From Candidatus Marinacidobacterales bacterium (GTDB lineage: Bacteria > Acidobacteriota > Vicinamibacteria > Marinacidobacterales > DATDRI01): DNA of 64,000 nt. Shown in pieces: positions 10,483 to 20,557 of this stretch (positions within the stretch are counted from its first letter, which is position 1; each line of letters starts with the position of its first letter). The position numbers and the translations under genes were made by a program. A model generated the notes under the pieces. The model made no database searches, was not told where the DNA came from, and saw only the letters and a program-made list of their open reading frames with translations. The DNA is taken from NCBI GenBank assembly GCA_965226495.1, contig OZ245365.1:2400001-2464000 (forward strand), written 5' to 3'.

Positions 10483-11550
10483 ATGATAGCAAAAGTGAAG
10501 ACGTACTTTGAGAGACTCGAAAGTCTTTCGACTGAGGAGCTCGATCATTCTACCGAAAAGCTGGTCCGCGCCGAGAAACGAAACATGGCGCTTGTCATCG
10601 CTCACATCGCCGAGATGTCGAGGAGGAAGGGTCATCTCGAGCGCGGGTACAAGAGCCTCTTTGATTATTGTGTAAGACGGTTTCGCCTGAGTGAGGGCTC
10701 CGTCGCCTTGCGGATTCAGGTGGCCAACGTCGCACTACGTTTCCCGCAGATACTCGTGGCTCTGGCAGAGAACCGCTTGAGTCTCACCGTCGCCGGTTTG
10801 CTCGCACCTGTCCTCAAGGAGAGCAACATTGAGAAGCTTCTTGGGGATTGTGCGGGAATGACCAAACGGGAGGCCGAGGAGCACCTCGTCGCGCTCCGAC
10901 CGAAACCCGTATTCGTACCATCCATTCGCAAGACGCCATCTCGGCCAGCTTCGAGTTCCCCTCGGCAGGAGGCGCGCCCGGCTCCTCGCGTGTCGCCGAG
11001 TATCCTTGAGCCGGCAAAACCAGAGTTGTTCAATTTCCGCTTCGCCGCCGACCGAGAGTTCAAGGACAAGTTCGAGCGTCTGGCGGAAGTCCTAGGGGTT
11101 GAGAACCCACTGCAACACATGTCCGAGATCATGGGGCAAGCCTTGGACATCGCTCTCGAGAAGAAGGACATGAAGAGAAAGCTGGCGCGGCGGCTCAAGA
11201 AAGAGGCGAAGAGGGGACCTCGTCCGGACGAGGTCGTCACGGGTGACCAGAAAGCCAGTTCCCGCTACATCCCGTCAGCGGTACGGGAGCGTGTTCACGA
11301 AAGGGCGGCCTATCGATGCGAATTTCGTGGCCCGGACGGGACCCGGTGCCGTTCCTGAACAGGACTTCAAATCGAGCATTTGCGCCCCTTTGCCCGACAG
11401 GGCAGCCACGACGAGAGGAATCTACGCCTTCACTGCCGGCCGCACAATCGCCTAACCGCAGAGCGCACCTTCGGCGTCCAGTTCATTCAACAGAAGATCG
11501 ATGCCTGTCGGGGAAAGTCTTCGCCGAACGGCCGCCCTGACTCACCGTAG
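10483..11550 (+). pseudogene. DUF222-like/HNH endonuclease protein interrupted by in-frame TGA at 11356-11358
   Basis: GYKSLFDYC N-domain; RCEFRGPDGTRCRS*TGLQIEHLRPFARQGSHDERNLRLHCRPHN continues in frame to TAG 11548-11550. Confidence 0.8.
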
Positions 11551-11709
11551 TCAGCGACATTCCGCATCACCTCAGCCGTCAAGCAACCCGAGAGGTAGCA
11601 AAAAGCCTGAAGCTCAATCCGAGGGAAGCTAATCGGTACGCGGAACGCCGGCGTGACAGGCCGGGGAAAGCGTCCAAGCGGTACCAAGGGAGGAAGAAGG
11701 AGCCTAAGA

Positions 11710-11722
11710 AATCAACCAGTTA
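11710..11722 (+). promoter_or_regulatory. IHF consensus site
   Basis: AATCAACCAGTTA matches WATCAANNNNTTR in an intergenic region. Confidence 0.35.
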
Positions 11723-11876
11723 GACTCTCGGGTTTAGGCTCCTTTGGAACCCGTTAGGACCGCTTCACCGCACAATTACTGCACAGGACGAAAGATCTCA
11801 GGCTTCCCTTGGACACTTTGCCTTTGCCCGACTAGAATCTACTCGTTGGCTGGTGCTGACTTCCGAAAGCCAGACG

Positions 11877-14627
11877 ATGCCCCTACAACCTGGAACCAAG
11901 CTTGGCGCCTACGAGATCCTCGCCCCTATCGGTGCGGGTGGGATGGGAGAGGTGTACCGCGCGCGGGACACCAAGCTCGGTCGTGAAGTTGCGATCAAAG
12001 TCCTGCCCGAAGCCTTCGCGCAAAACGAAGAACGCCTAGCCCGCTTCGAGCGAGAAGCGCGCCTCCTCGCATCGCTGAACCATCCCAACATCGCCACTCT
12101 CTACGGCTTCGAACAATCAGACGCAGTTCACTTCCTCGTCATGGAGCTCGCCGAAGGAGAAACCCTCGCCGAACGACTCCGGCGCGGCCCTATCCCAGTC
12201 GAGGACGCCCTTCCCATCTTCAAACAGATAGCGGAAGCATTGGAGGCAGCTCACGAAAAGGGAATCATTCATCGGGACCTCAAGCCAGCGAACATCAAGG
12301 TCAGCTCCGAAGACAAAGTGAAGGTGCTGGATTTCGGGCTCGCGAAGGCGATGAGTGGAGATTCTGTGACGAGTGAGCTGTCCGAGTCGCCGACCATCAC
12401 GCGGGATGCGACAGCGACCGGAGTCATCCTGGGGACAGCGGCCTACATGAGCCCGGAGCAGGCGCGGGGCAAGGCGCTCGACAAGCGCACCGACATCTGG
12501 GCGTTCGGTTGCTGTTTGTATGAAACCCTAACAGGAAGGGCTGCTTTCTTAGGGGAAACCGTTTCCGACACCCTCGTCCGGATTCTTGAGCGGGAACCGG
12601 GTTGGGAAGCTTTGCCCGACGACACACCTCCATTCGTTCGCCTTCTGCTACATCGGTGCCTTCAGAAGGACGCCCGGGAGCGTCTCCATGACATCGCGGA
12701 CGCCCGAATCGACATCAAAGAGGCTTCTTCCGATGCCTTTGGTAACCTGTTCTCAAGAGTTTCGGTAAGTGAGGTGCCGTCAACGGGGGGCTGGGCGCCG
12801 TGGGTCGTAGCCAGCCTTCTCGCGGTGCTGACAATGGTCGCTCTCTTGGCTCCCTGGCGTACCGGGCCTAGAGAGCGGACTGTCAGCCGCTTTGCCAGCA
12901 CGCTACCAACCGGTCAAACGATGCGAGATGTCGGATTCTTCGGGTCGTCCGTGGCCCTATCACCCGACGGCAGCCAGCTCGTCTATGTGGCGCGGGAAGG
13001 GGACACGACGCTGCTTTACCGGCGGCCGATGGACTCGTTACATGCCGAGTCAGTACCGGGCACCGAGGGTGCTCGGGCGCCGTTTTTTTCCGCGGATGGG
13101 AGCTGGGTGGGTTTCTACACCCCGGGAGGACTTAGCACCGATGGAGAGTCGAAAAAAGGGTCGCTTCCCGCACGCGCGCTCATCGGTGGAGAGGTGAAAA
13201 AAGTGTCGCTTCGGGGAGGCGCGCCTTCCTCGATGTTCACCGTGCCTGACATTCCCTTTTATGGTGGGACGTGGGGGGTGGATGACACGGTCGTTTGGGG
13301 CCATGGCGCTTTTGGACTGAAGAGGGTTGCGTCGGCGGGCGGGCCCCAAGAGGAATTGAGCGGTAGACCGTACGAACAATTGCATCTGTTTCCACAGGTT
13401 CTTCCGGGAGGCGAGACGGTCTTGTTCACGATCTGGAACAGCTCGAGGGATGCAAGTATTGCGGTTCGTCACCTGGCTACAGGAGAGCAGCGGACTTTGA
13501 TCGATGCGGGCACCTGTGGCCGCTACTTGCCTACCGGTCACTTGGTCTATGCCTGGGCAGGGGAGCTGCTTGCCGTGCCTTTCGACCTCGAAGAGCTCAC
13601 GGTCGGCGGACTCCCTGTCCGAGTGCTCGAAAACGTCCTGATGGAAGAGCATCGGGGAGCCGCGCACTTCAGCCTATCCGATAACGGGTCTCTGGCCTAC
13701 GTTCCCGGTGGCTTGGTTCGAGACGAAAGCAGGCTGGTTTGGGTCGATCGCGCCGGGAATCTCGAGCCCTTGCCTTTCCCTCCGGGTGACAACACTGTAC
13801 GAGTCTCACCCGATGGCAAGCGAGTGCTGGTCAGCCGTCGCGGAATGAAAGGGCCTGGCATCGATTTATGGGTTTACGATCTGGAGCGGGGCACGCAGCG
13901 CCGACTCACGGACGAGAAAGGACTTGAGTGGTGGGGGCTATGGACTCCGGACGGCCGCAGCGTGGTGTACTCGTCCAGTCGGAACGACCCCATAATGAAC
14001 CTGTATTGGAAACCCGCAGACGGGAGCGGTGACGAGGAGATTCTCGTTGAGAGCGACTACCTCTCCTTGAACCCCTTTTCCTGGTCGGCAGACGGCGAGT
14101 TACTCGCTTTTCAGGAGCAGAACCACCCTACCACTGGGACTGACATCTGGGTGCTCGCGGATGGCGAGCCGCGTCCGTTCCTCCGGACGAAAAATGAAGA
14201 GGTCCATCCAACTTTTTCGCCCGACGGGCGATGGCTGGCCTACGTTTCGGACGAGTCCGGTCGCTGGGAAGTAAGTGTGCAGCCCTATCCCGGCCCTGGC
14301 GCTGTGACTCAGATCTCGACGGACGGCGGCTTCGAGCCGGTGTGGTCGCCGGATGGACGGGAGATCTACTACCGGCGTGAGAGTGGGGGCCAAGTGATGG
14401 CGGTATCGTTTGTTCCCGACGAGCCGTCTCCTCGTGTAGGAAAACCAAGACTTCTGTTCGAGGGACGTTACCGCGGGGGGCAACGTTATGGCCGGACATA
14501 TGATCTCGCACCCGACGGCGAGCGGTTCTTGATGATTCAGGACGGTGAGCCGCCGCCCCCGCAGCCCCAATACAACATCGTTCTCAACTGGTTCGAGGAA
14601 CTGAAGCGGCTCGTTCCGACGAACTAG
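11877..14627 (+). CDS. Hanks-type Ser/Thr protein kinase with hydrophobic segment and TolB-like (PD40) beta-propeller
   Basis: GAGGMGEV, VAIK, HRDLKPAN, DFG, YMSPEQ; repeated SPDG/W motifs; NWFEELK C-terminus. Confidence 0.93.
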   Translation: MPLQPGTKLGAYEILAPIGAGGMGEVYRARDTKLGREVAIKVLPEAFAQNEERLARFEREARLLASLNHPNIATLYGFEQSDAVHFLVMELAEGETLAERLRRGPIPVEDALPIFKQIAEALEAAHEKGIIHRDLKPANIKVSSEDKVKVLDFGLAKAMSGDSVTSELSESPTITRDATATGVILGTAAYMSPEQARGKALDKRTDIWAFGCCLYETLTGRAAFLGETVSDTLVRILEREPGWEALPDDTPPFVRLLLHRCLQKDARERLHDIADARIDIKEASSDAFGNLFSRVSVSEVPSTGGWAPWVVASLLAVLTMVALLAPWRTGPRERTVSRFASTLPTGQTMRDVGFFGSSVALSPDGSQLVYVAREGDTTLLYRRPMDSLHAESVPGTEGARAPFFSADGSWVGFYTPGGLSTDGESKKGSLPARALIGGEVKKVSLRGGAPSSMFTVPDIPFYGGTWGVDDTVVWGHGAFGLKRVASAGGPQEELSGRPYEQLHLFPQVLPGGETVLFTIWNSSRDASIAVRHLATGEQRTLIDAGTCGRYLPTGHLVYAWAGELLAVPFDLEELTVGGLPVRVLENVLMEEHRGAAHFSLSDNGSLAYVPGGLVRDESRLVWVDRAGNLEPLPFPPGDNTVRVSPDGKRVLVSRRGMKGPGIDLWVYDLERGTQRRLTDEKGLEWWGLWTPDGRSVVYSSSRNDPIMNLYWKPADGSGDEEILVESDYLSLNPFSWSADGELLAFQEQNHPTTGTDIWVLADGEPRPFLRTKNEEVHPTFSPDGRWLAYVSDESGRWEVSVQPYPGPGAVTQISTDGGFEPVWSPDGREIYYRRESGGQVMAVSFVPDEPSPRVGKPRLLFEGRYRGGQRYGRTYDLAPDGERFLMIQDGEPPPPQPQYNIVLNWFEELKRLVPTN

Positions 14628-14824
14628 GACGCGAACCCACCGATTGGACCACCGGCCTAACGCACCAAAGCGACATTGCTAACTTGTCTTGTGGCACAGG
14701 ATTAGTGAGGCTCGTGCATCTTTTGTGCGATCGCAATCGGATGGCCGGATCCGGAAGCGTCCGACTCGTCAGGGCCCCGGCCGGCCCGCCTTCGTTCGCA
14801 GGCGTGTCCTCGTACCAGCGAAAC

Positions 14825-14843
14825 TTCGGCGGGCCCCGCCGAA
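14825..14843. terminator. Hairpin between convergent kinase and ssb genes
   Basis: TTCGGCGG-GCC-CCGCCGAA 8-bp stem. Confidence 0.45.
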
Positions 14844-14891
14844 ATTAAGTAGTCCCTACCGGCAGGAGGCGGGAGAGCGCGCTACGAGCAG

Positions 14892-15356
14892 CTAGAACGG
14901 GACGTCGTCTTCCGTCGCTTCGAACTGAGCCGGAGCCGCCGCCGGTGCCGTCTGCCCCTCCTGCCCTGCCTGTTCGGCCTGTTCCGGAGGGGCCGCAGCA
15001 AAGTCCCGACTGCCTGCCGAGTCGCCGCGCGTACCGAGCATGATGATCTGGTCGGCCTTGACCTCGGTGGTGTAGCGCTTGTTTCCATCACGGTCGTCCC
15101 AGGAGCGTGTCTGGAGTTTCCCCTCTACGTAGATCTGTCGCCCCTTCGACATGTATTCCTTGGCGATTTCCGCCAGCTTTCCCCAGGCCACAATCCGATG
15201 CCACTCGGTTCGTTCCTGTTTCTGGCCGTTCTGATCGTTCCAGGTTTCGCTGGTCGCGAGCCTCAGGTTGGCGACCGCCGTACCATCTTTGATGTACCGA
15301 ACTTCCGGATCACGTCCTAGATTTCCGACCAAAATGACCTTATTGACCCCTCTCAT
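14892..15356 (-). CDS. ssb: Single-stranded DNA-binding protein
   Basis: [25 protein letters not shown], acidic tail DDVPF. Confidence 0.98.
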   Translation of the reverse strand: MRGVNKVILVGNLGRDPEVRYIKDGTAVANLRLATSETWNDQNGQKQERTEWHRIVAWGKLAEIAKEYMSKGRQIYVEGKLQTRSWDDRDGNKRYTTEVKADQIIMLGTRGDSAGSRDFAAAPPEQAEQAGQEGQTAPAAAPAQFEATEDDVPF

Positions 15357-15408
15357 ATGTAAGCTCCTTCTCTAAATCGAGTGTCCTGTATCGGTAATTG
15401 TCGAGGCT

Positions 15409-16230
15409 TTATTGCCGTAGGCTCCGCAGCATTCCCTTGGCCGCCCGGGCCGCGGGGCTCTGCGGGAAATATTCGATAACGAGCTCCAACTGCGCGATGG
15501 CATCCGCTCGACTGCCCAACGCCTCGAGAGCGACGGCCTTCTTGTAGGTCGACTCCGGCAGTTTGTTACTGTCCGGATAGAGACTCAGAACGGCGTCGAA
15601 GGCTTCGAGGGCCTGTCTATACTGCCTCTGAGCCAACAAACACTCGCCGATCCAATACTGGGCGTTGTCGGCCAAGTCGCTGTCCGGATTCGCGGCAATG
15701 AGCTCCTTGAAACCCGACACCGCGAGCGGATAACGCCCTTGCGTGTAGTCGGTATATGCCTGCTGATAGAGATCTGCCGAGCCAGCCGATGAACCAGGGA
15801 GCGGCGTGGCAACTCCTGAGGACGGTGGAGCGCCTCCTGACGAAGTGGGGCCTCCTCCTACGGGAGTCTCGGGTATCACAATCGGTTGGGTCGGCCGGAG
15901 AGAGGCCACTTCGTGCCGAAGGTTGCCCAATCGCCCGTTCGTTTCGTCGAGTCGCTCCGAGAGAACCCCTAGATTTTCTTGGACGGCGTCCAACGTTGTT
16001 CCGGTATCTACCATCGTCCGGCGAATGGAGGAATCCTGTTCGATTAGAAGCTTGGACATCCTATCGAGTGCTTGTTCCAGCCGCCCTTGGTTCGTCTGTA
16101 ATACGCTGATCTGTATTTGAAGTTGTCGCAATTCAGCCAAAATTTGATCGTGATCCTTGTCGGCGATCGCTGCGACGGGAGCGGTCAGCGTCGCTACCAA
16201 AATGAGAGATGACAATCGATTGCCGTTCAC
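15409..16230 (-). CDS. cpoB: Tol-Pal system protein CpoB/YbgF
   Basis: Signal peptide, coiled coil, TPR with ADNAQYWIGE; downstream of pal. Confidence 0.9.
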   Translation of the reverse strand: MNGNRLSSLILVATLTAPVAAIADKDHDQILAELRQLQIQISVLQTNQGRLEQALDRMSKLLIEQDSSIRRTMVDTGTTLDAVQENLGVLSERLDETNGRLGNLRHEVASLRPTQPIVIPETPVGGGPTSSGGAPPSSGVATPLPGSSAGSADLYQQAYTDYTQGRYPLAVSGFKELIAANPDSDLADNAQYWIGECLLAQRQYRQALEAFDAVLSLYPDSNKLPESTYKKAVALEALGSRADAIAQLELVIEYFPQSPAARAAKGMLRSLRQ

Positions 16231-16243
16231 CGTTCCTACCCCT

Positions 16244-16900
16244 TCACTTGGATGTAATCACGAAGTGACCGCGTCGATTGTTGGTCCATGCGGTTTCGTT
16301 GTGTCCGGGGTTGACCGGAAACTCCTTCCCATAGCTGATGGTCCTCATGCGTCCGGGAGGGACTCCGAGATTCAACAGAAAGTTCTGCGTCGCCATGGCG
16401 CGCCGTTCACCCAGCGCAAGGTTGTACTCCACCGTCCCTCTCTCGTCGCAATGACCTTCGATCAAAATCGTGACGCTCGAATGATCCAGCAGCCACTTGG
16501 CGTTGACGTCCAATCGTGCCCGTGCGTCGTTGGACAGGTGAGCGCTGTCGTAGTCGAACTGAATGTCAGCCAGCGGCCCCTGTGCGTTGATGTCTTCGAG
16601 ACTCATCGAACGAATGTCGTCGCCCGCATCGAAGCGAGTCAGGTCGGGCTCCGATCGTTCTGGTTGTGGTTCCGGCTCGGGCCCGGACGGCGGTGTTTCG
16701 TCTTGCGGAGCCGAGGGATACTGAGTTGCTGGCGGCCGGGTGTTCTTAGTACCGCAGGCGACGGTGGTGGCGAGAAGGAGCACGGCAAACGTCACGCCCC
16801 ACCACCCCAGGTTATGGAACCGGGCGGGTCGGCGGCGGCCAGTCGCGCTTTCCCTAACATTGGCAGGCTTGGCAGTCTTAGCAGGGTTGGCAGGCTTCAC
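16244..16900 (-). CDS. pal: Peptidoglycan-associated lipoprotein
   Basis: Lipobox TVAC, FDYDS, IEGHCDERGTVEYNLALGERRA, SYGKE, NRR. Confidence 0.95.
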   Translation of the reverse strand: MKPANPAKTAKPANVRESATGRRRPARFHNLGWWGVTFAVLLLATTVACGTKNTRPPATQYPSAPQDETPPSGPEPEPQPERSEPDLTRFDAGDDIRSMSLEDINAQGPLADIQFDYDSAHLSNDARARLDVNAKWLLDHSSVTILIEGHCDERGTVEYNLALGERRAMATQNFLLNLGVPPGRMRTISYGKEFPVNPGHNETAWTNNRRGHFVITSK

Positions 16901-16969
16901 GGGCGCTCCCTCCTCTCCGTCGATATACCTCTGGGCAGAGTCTCGGTCAAATATTGCTTTATCATGGTT

Positions 16970-18352
16970 TCATTCTTCACTTTGGGCCTCGACGGCGACG
17001 GCCACCGGCCCCCACTTGGGAGTCGTGTTGTTACCGACCGAAGTCAGCCGTCGCTGGTTCGAGCCGTCTCGGTTCATGGTGAAGACCTGAGCCGAGCCGG
17101 TTCGGGTAGAAGTAAACGTGAGATGGAGACCGTTCGGAGACCAGGTAGGGCTCTCATTGCTTCCTCTACCGGTTGTCAGCTGGCGAACCTGCTTGGTTTC
17201 GAAGTTGTAAACGACGATATCGAAAGGACCCCGTTCGATTCTGGACGAGTAGGCAATCTCGCTAAATTGACGGGAGGGAGACCAGGTCGACGAGTCATTG
17301 TAGGAACCCTCGTAGGAGATGCGTCTGAGGTTGAGACCATCGGCGCCCATCACGTAGAGCTGCGGCGCCCCGGAACGGTCCGAGGTGAAGGCGATCTCCC
17401 GACCGTTGGGCGACCAACAGGGAGACGTGTCGATCGATGGATGCTCGGTCACTCGCCTCAACCCCGAACCATCGATGTTGATGACATAGATTTCCGAATT
17501 GCCGTCGCGAGTCGAGGTGAACGCGATCTGCTGGCCGTCCGGTGACCAAGAAGGAGTAAACGTCATACCGGGCCCGTTCACCAAAGCTTCTCCACGCCCC
17601 TGAAAAATGAAAGCGAGAAAAAGATCGGGACTGCTTCGTCGATAGGAGATGTAACCCAAGGCCTGCCCATCGGGAGACCAAGTAGGCGTGATGTTCAGCG
17701 AGCGGTTGGCGGTCAGAGGCCGTTGATTCTGTCCATCATAATCCATCAGGTAAATCTCTTTACTGTTTTCGCCGCGGCGGTCGCTGGAGAAGGCGATCTT
17801 CGTTCGTGCCACCCCATGGTAGTTGCCCGCCTGGAGCAGGATGTCATCGGAGATGCGATGAGCCATGGTGCGAGCCGCGGATGCAGGGCCTTCGTAGCGT
17901 TTGCCGAAGACCATTTGTTGTGCCTGAACCGCGTAGAGCCGCACCTCCGATACCAGACGATCGCGCTGGATCTCGGCGGTCCCAATGACCAAGATGTCGG
18001 TCCCGATGGATTCCCACTGATAGTAGTCGATCGTTCCCGGTGTAACGTTCCCCGCGATGATCGAGTACAACCGTTTGGGTACCAGCCGGTAAAGGGACGC
18101 ATACTCCAAATCGGTCCACACAACATTGGATAACGTGTCCGCCGCCGGCTGCGCGTCGCTTCCACGAAGTTCGAACGCAGGAAGCGCCATGTAGACGGGC
18201 CGCCCCGGGCGCGTGACGCGAAGATACCAATCCGTGTCGTTAGCCGGAGCCTGATCGATTTGTCCTGGCTCTTTGGCTTCCTGAGCTTTCTGGATCGGGC
18301 CGATCACGGCGAGCGCGGCGAGGATCGCGAAACCTAGAAAAAAAGTTCTCAT
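16970..18352 (-). CDS. tolB: Tol-Pal beta-propeller protein TolB
   Basis: Signal peptide, AHRISDDI, TKIAF, PxWSPDG repeats. Confidence 0.95.
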   Translation of the reverse strand: MRTFFLGFAILAALAVIGPIQKAQEAKEPGQIDQAPANDTDWYLRVTRPGRPVYMALPAFELRGSDAQPAADTLSNVVWTDLEYASLYRLVPKRLYSIIAGNVTPGTIDYYQWESIGTDILVIGTAEIQRDRLVSEVRLYAVQAQQMVFGKRYEGPASAARTMAHRISDDILLQAGNYHGVARTKIAFSSDRRGENSKEIYLMDYDGQNQRPLTANRSLNITPTWSPDGQALGYISYRRSSPDLFLAFIFQGRGEALVNGPGMTFTPSWSPDGQQIAFTSTRDGNSEIYVINIDGSGLRRVTEHPSIDTSPCWSPNGREIAFTSDRSGAPQLYVMGADGLNLRRISYEGSYNDSSTWSPSRQFSEIAYSSRIERGPFDIVVYNFETKQVRQLTTGRGSNESPTWSPNGLHLTFTSTRTGSAQVFTMNRDGSNQRRLTSVGNNTTPKWGPVAVAVEAQSEE

Positions 18353-18368
18353 TTATTTGTGGTCCTCA

Positions 18369-19115
18369 TTATTGGTCAGAGTACTCGAAACGAAGATGCA
18401 CGCCCACACGGTCCCGAGGATAGGATTGCGGAAGGGGAGGCAAGGGGTCGGATAGGTACACGGCCCTCGAGGCGGCCCTATCCAACTGGGGCACTCCGCT
18501 CGATTCCTCGACCTGAATGTCTTGCAAGCGACCATCCCTCATAATCGTGAAACGGATGATAGTGAACGAGGTACCCCTGACCGGCACCCGTTGCCAGTTT
18601 TGAAAGACCCGTCCGAACATCTGTTGCACGTAGTAGCTGTACTCGAAATCACCGTCGAAAGGCGAGCCTCCGGCGCCGCCCATGCCGAGACCCGGCGTTG
18701 CCGTCGCCGCCTTGAGCCTGGCGGAATCCCTGCTTGCCGCATCACGCCCGATCAATCCGGACTCCGGCTTCTTCGGTCTAGCTTTACTCCGTTTCGGTTT
18801 GGCGTCGGGCATGGGTAGCTGTTCACGATCTTCCTTCGTGGGGCGAACCACCCGCGGGGCCTCTTCTTTGGGTGGTTCCGGAGCCGCTACTTCCTCTACC
18901 GGTTCTCCCGGCGACGGACCTCCACCCATCCCCTGACTTGGACCTGGAAACCCGATTTGGACGAAAGCGACGGCTTCCGGGAAGGGGGAGGGCTGTGGCG
19001 ACAAGCGAGATGCGATCAAAAGGAGGGCGAACACTCCCATGTGCATGGTTCCAGACCACCACAACATGGAAGTGAACGGATCCCGCGCGTTTCTGCTGGC
19101 ACCGATCGCGCTCAC
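18369..19115 (-). CDS. TolA/TonB-family energy transducer
   Basis: TM with SxxxH-like segment, Pro/Lys-rich linker, TonB_C (FTIMRDG..SSG..LDRAA..PLPPLP). Confidence 0.85.
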   Translation of the reverse strand: MSAIGASRNARDPFTSMLWWSGTMHMGVFALLLIASRLSPQPSPFPEAVAFVQIGFPGPSQGMGGGPSPGEPVEEVAAPEPPKEEAPRVVRPTKEDREQLPMPDAKPKRSKARPKKPESGLIGRDAASRDSARLKAATATPGLGMGGAGGSPFDGDFEYSYYVQQMFGRVFQNWQRVPVRGTSFTIIRFTIMRDGRLQDIQVEESSGVPQLDRAASRAVYLSDPLPPLPQSYPRDRVGVHLRFEYSDQ

Positions 19116-19597
19116 CGAGATGCCTTCTCTTCCGGATAGATGTAGACGAGCCCGATGGTGTCCACTCCAGCACGTTTCATCAGATCCATGACCGAGATGA
19201 TCTGCTTGTAGCGTAGTTCTTCATCCGCTCTCAGATAGGCGACGCGCAACCCACGAAGCTCAACCATGTCCTTGACTCTTTGTTCGAGTAACGCGATGTT
19301 GACCGCCTTGTCATCGATGTAGGTTTGACCCTGGCGGTCCATGGTCACGATGAGCCTTTCGCTCACATTATCCTGTCGAATCCCGGCGGCGGGAAGACTC
19401 ACATCCAGCGCACGAAGCAACATCGGCGCGGTGATCATGAAGATGATGAGCAAGACGAGAACAACATCGACGAAGGGGGTGACGTTGATATCGGACATCG
19501 GCCGCGTGGAATCCCGCTGGGCTCGGGAGCCGAGATAGATGTCCATTGCGGACCCGGCCTGTCCGGCCTGTCCGCTGCCACCTCCGCTCGTCATCAC
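19112..19597 (-). CDS. tolR: TolR/ExbD
   Basis: INVTPFVDVVLVLLIIFMITAP. Confidence 0.9.
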   Translation of the reverse strand: MMTSGGGSGQAGQAGSAMDIYLGSRAQRDSTRPMSDINVTPFVDVVLVLLIIFMITAPMLLRALDVSLPAAGIRQDNVSERLIVTMDRQGQTYIDDKAVNIALLEQRVKDMVELRGLRVAYLRADEELRYKQIISVMDLMKRAGVDTIGLVYIYPEEKASR

Positions 19598-19600
19598 GAT

Positions 19601-20359
19601 CTAGGTGAAATTCCTTTCGATGATCGACAGGTACTCGAGCGCGAAGTCGTCCATTTCTGTACCAAGAAGCTTCACCCAATTGAGGAAGTAGTTGTAGAAG
19701 ATCACCGCAGGGATCGCGGCGGCAAGACCCGCGGCGGTCGCGATGAGCGCTTCGCTGACGCCCGGCGCGACGACACTGATGTTCGCAGCTTGCACGGCGC
19801 CGATTTGCTGAAAGGCGTTCATGATTCCCCAGACCGTGCCGAAGAGTCCGATGAACGGAGTGGCGCTACCGGTGGTAGCAAGAAAGCCGAGTCGTCGTTC
19901 GAGTTTTGCCATTTCCGCATGGGATGCCCGTACCAGCGAACGAGCGATGCTATCGAGACTCTTGATCTGTGACCCGTCGCCTTCCGACTCGTCGTCTCTG
20001 CCTTTGGAACCGCCCTTCGACGATCGCAGCTGGTAGCCAAGCTCATTGTAGCCCGACAGAAACATCCCCACTAAGGGACTCGAGCGCAGTTGTTGACACA
20101 CCGAATGAACTTCAGAGAACTTCTTGCTGCGACGAAAAATTTCGAGGAAGGCACTCGAGTGCGTCTCGGCGCGGCGCAGGACCATCCACTTGCTCAGGAT
20201 GATGGCCCAAGAGACCAGGGAGAATATGACGAGCGTGACCAGCACCCCGATGACAATCGGGCCCGAGTCGGCGATGAGCTGAAACGGGTCGAGGCCTTCT
20301 GGACTCTGAATGGGTGTCGCCGCAATTTCCTGGACTGGCTCCAACTGGCCTCCGACCAC
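19601..20359 (-). CDS. tolQ: TolQ/ExbB proton channel
   Basis: PFIGLFGTVWGIM, VAPGVSEALIATAAGL. Confidence 0.92.
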   Translation of the reverse strand: MVGGQLEPVQEIAATPIQSPEGLDPFQLIADSGPIVIGVLVTLVIFSLVSWAIILSKWMVLRRAETHSSAFLEIFRRSKKFSEVHSVCQQLRSSPLVGMFLSGYNELGYQLRSSKGGSKGRDDESEGDGSQIKSLDSIARSLVRASHAEMAKLERRLGFLATTGSATPFIGLFGTVWGIMNAFQQIGAVQAANISVVAPGVSEALIATAAGLAAAIPAVIFYNYFLNWVKLLGTEMDDFALEYLSIIERNFT

Positions 20360-20383
20360 TATATATGGTGATGTCTGCAGGTC

Positions 20384-20412
20384 ACGCTACCACAAGGACT
20401 TGGACCTGTCAA
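20384..20412 (-). promoter_or_regulatory. Sigma70-type promoter of tol-pal operon
   Basis: Minus strand TTGACA-17bp-TAGCGT with extended TG. Confidence 0.6.
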
Positions 20413-20557
20413 AGAATTTGGCTCATCGCGGTGGAAATGCGCACGGTCGGCCGAAACTTCGTCCTACTTTGATTAAGGAGTACCAGTGCCGCCGTCTTCT
20501 CGGGTTCCGAGCGCTGTGGTACATTGCTTCTGGAAAGCCGCACATCCCGGAGTGATC

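Noticed and set aside
14692-14732. Sigma-54 promoter (TGGCAC..)
   Set aside because: No GC at -12 with correct spacing, and it lies between convergent genes
16157-17545. 462-aa plus-strand ORF
   Set aside because: Antisense shadow of pal/tolB with no recognisable motifs
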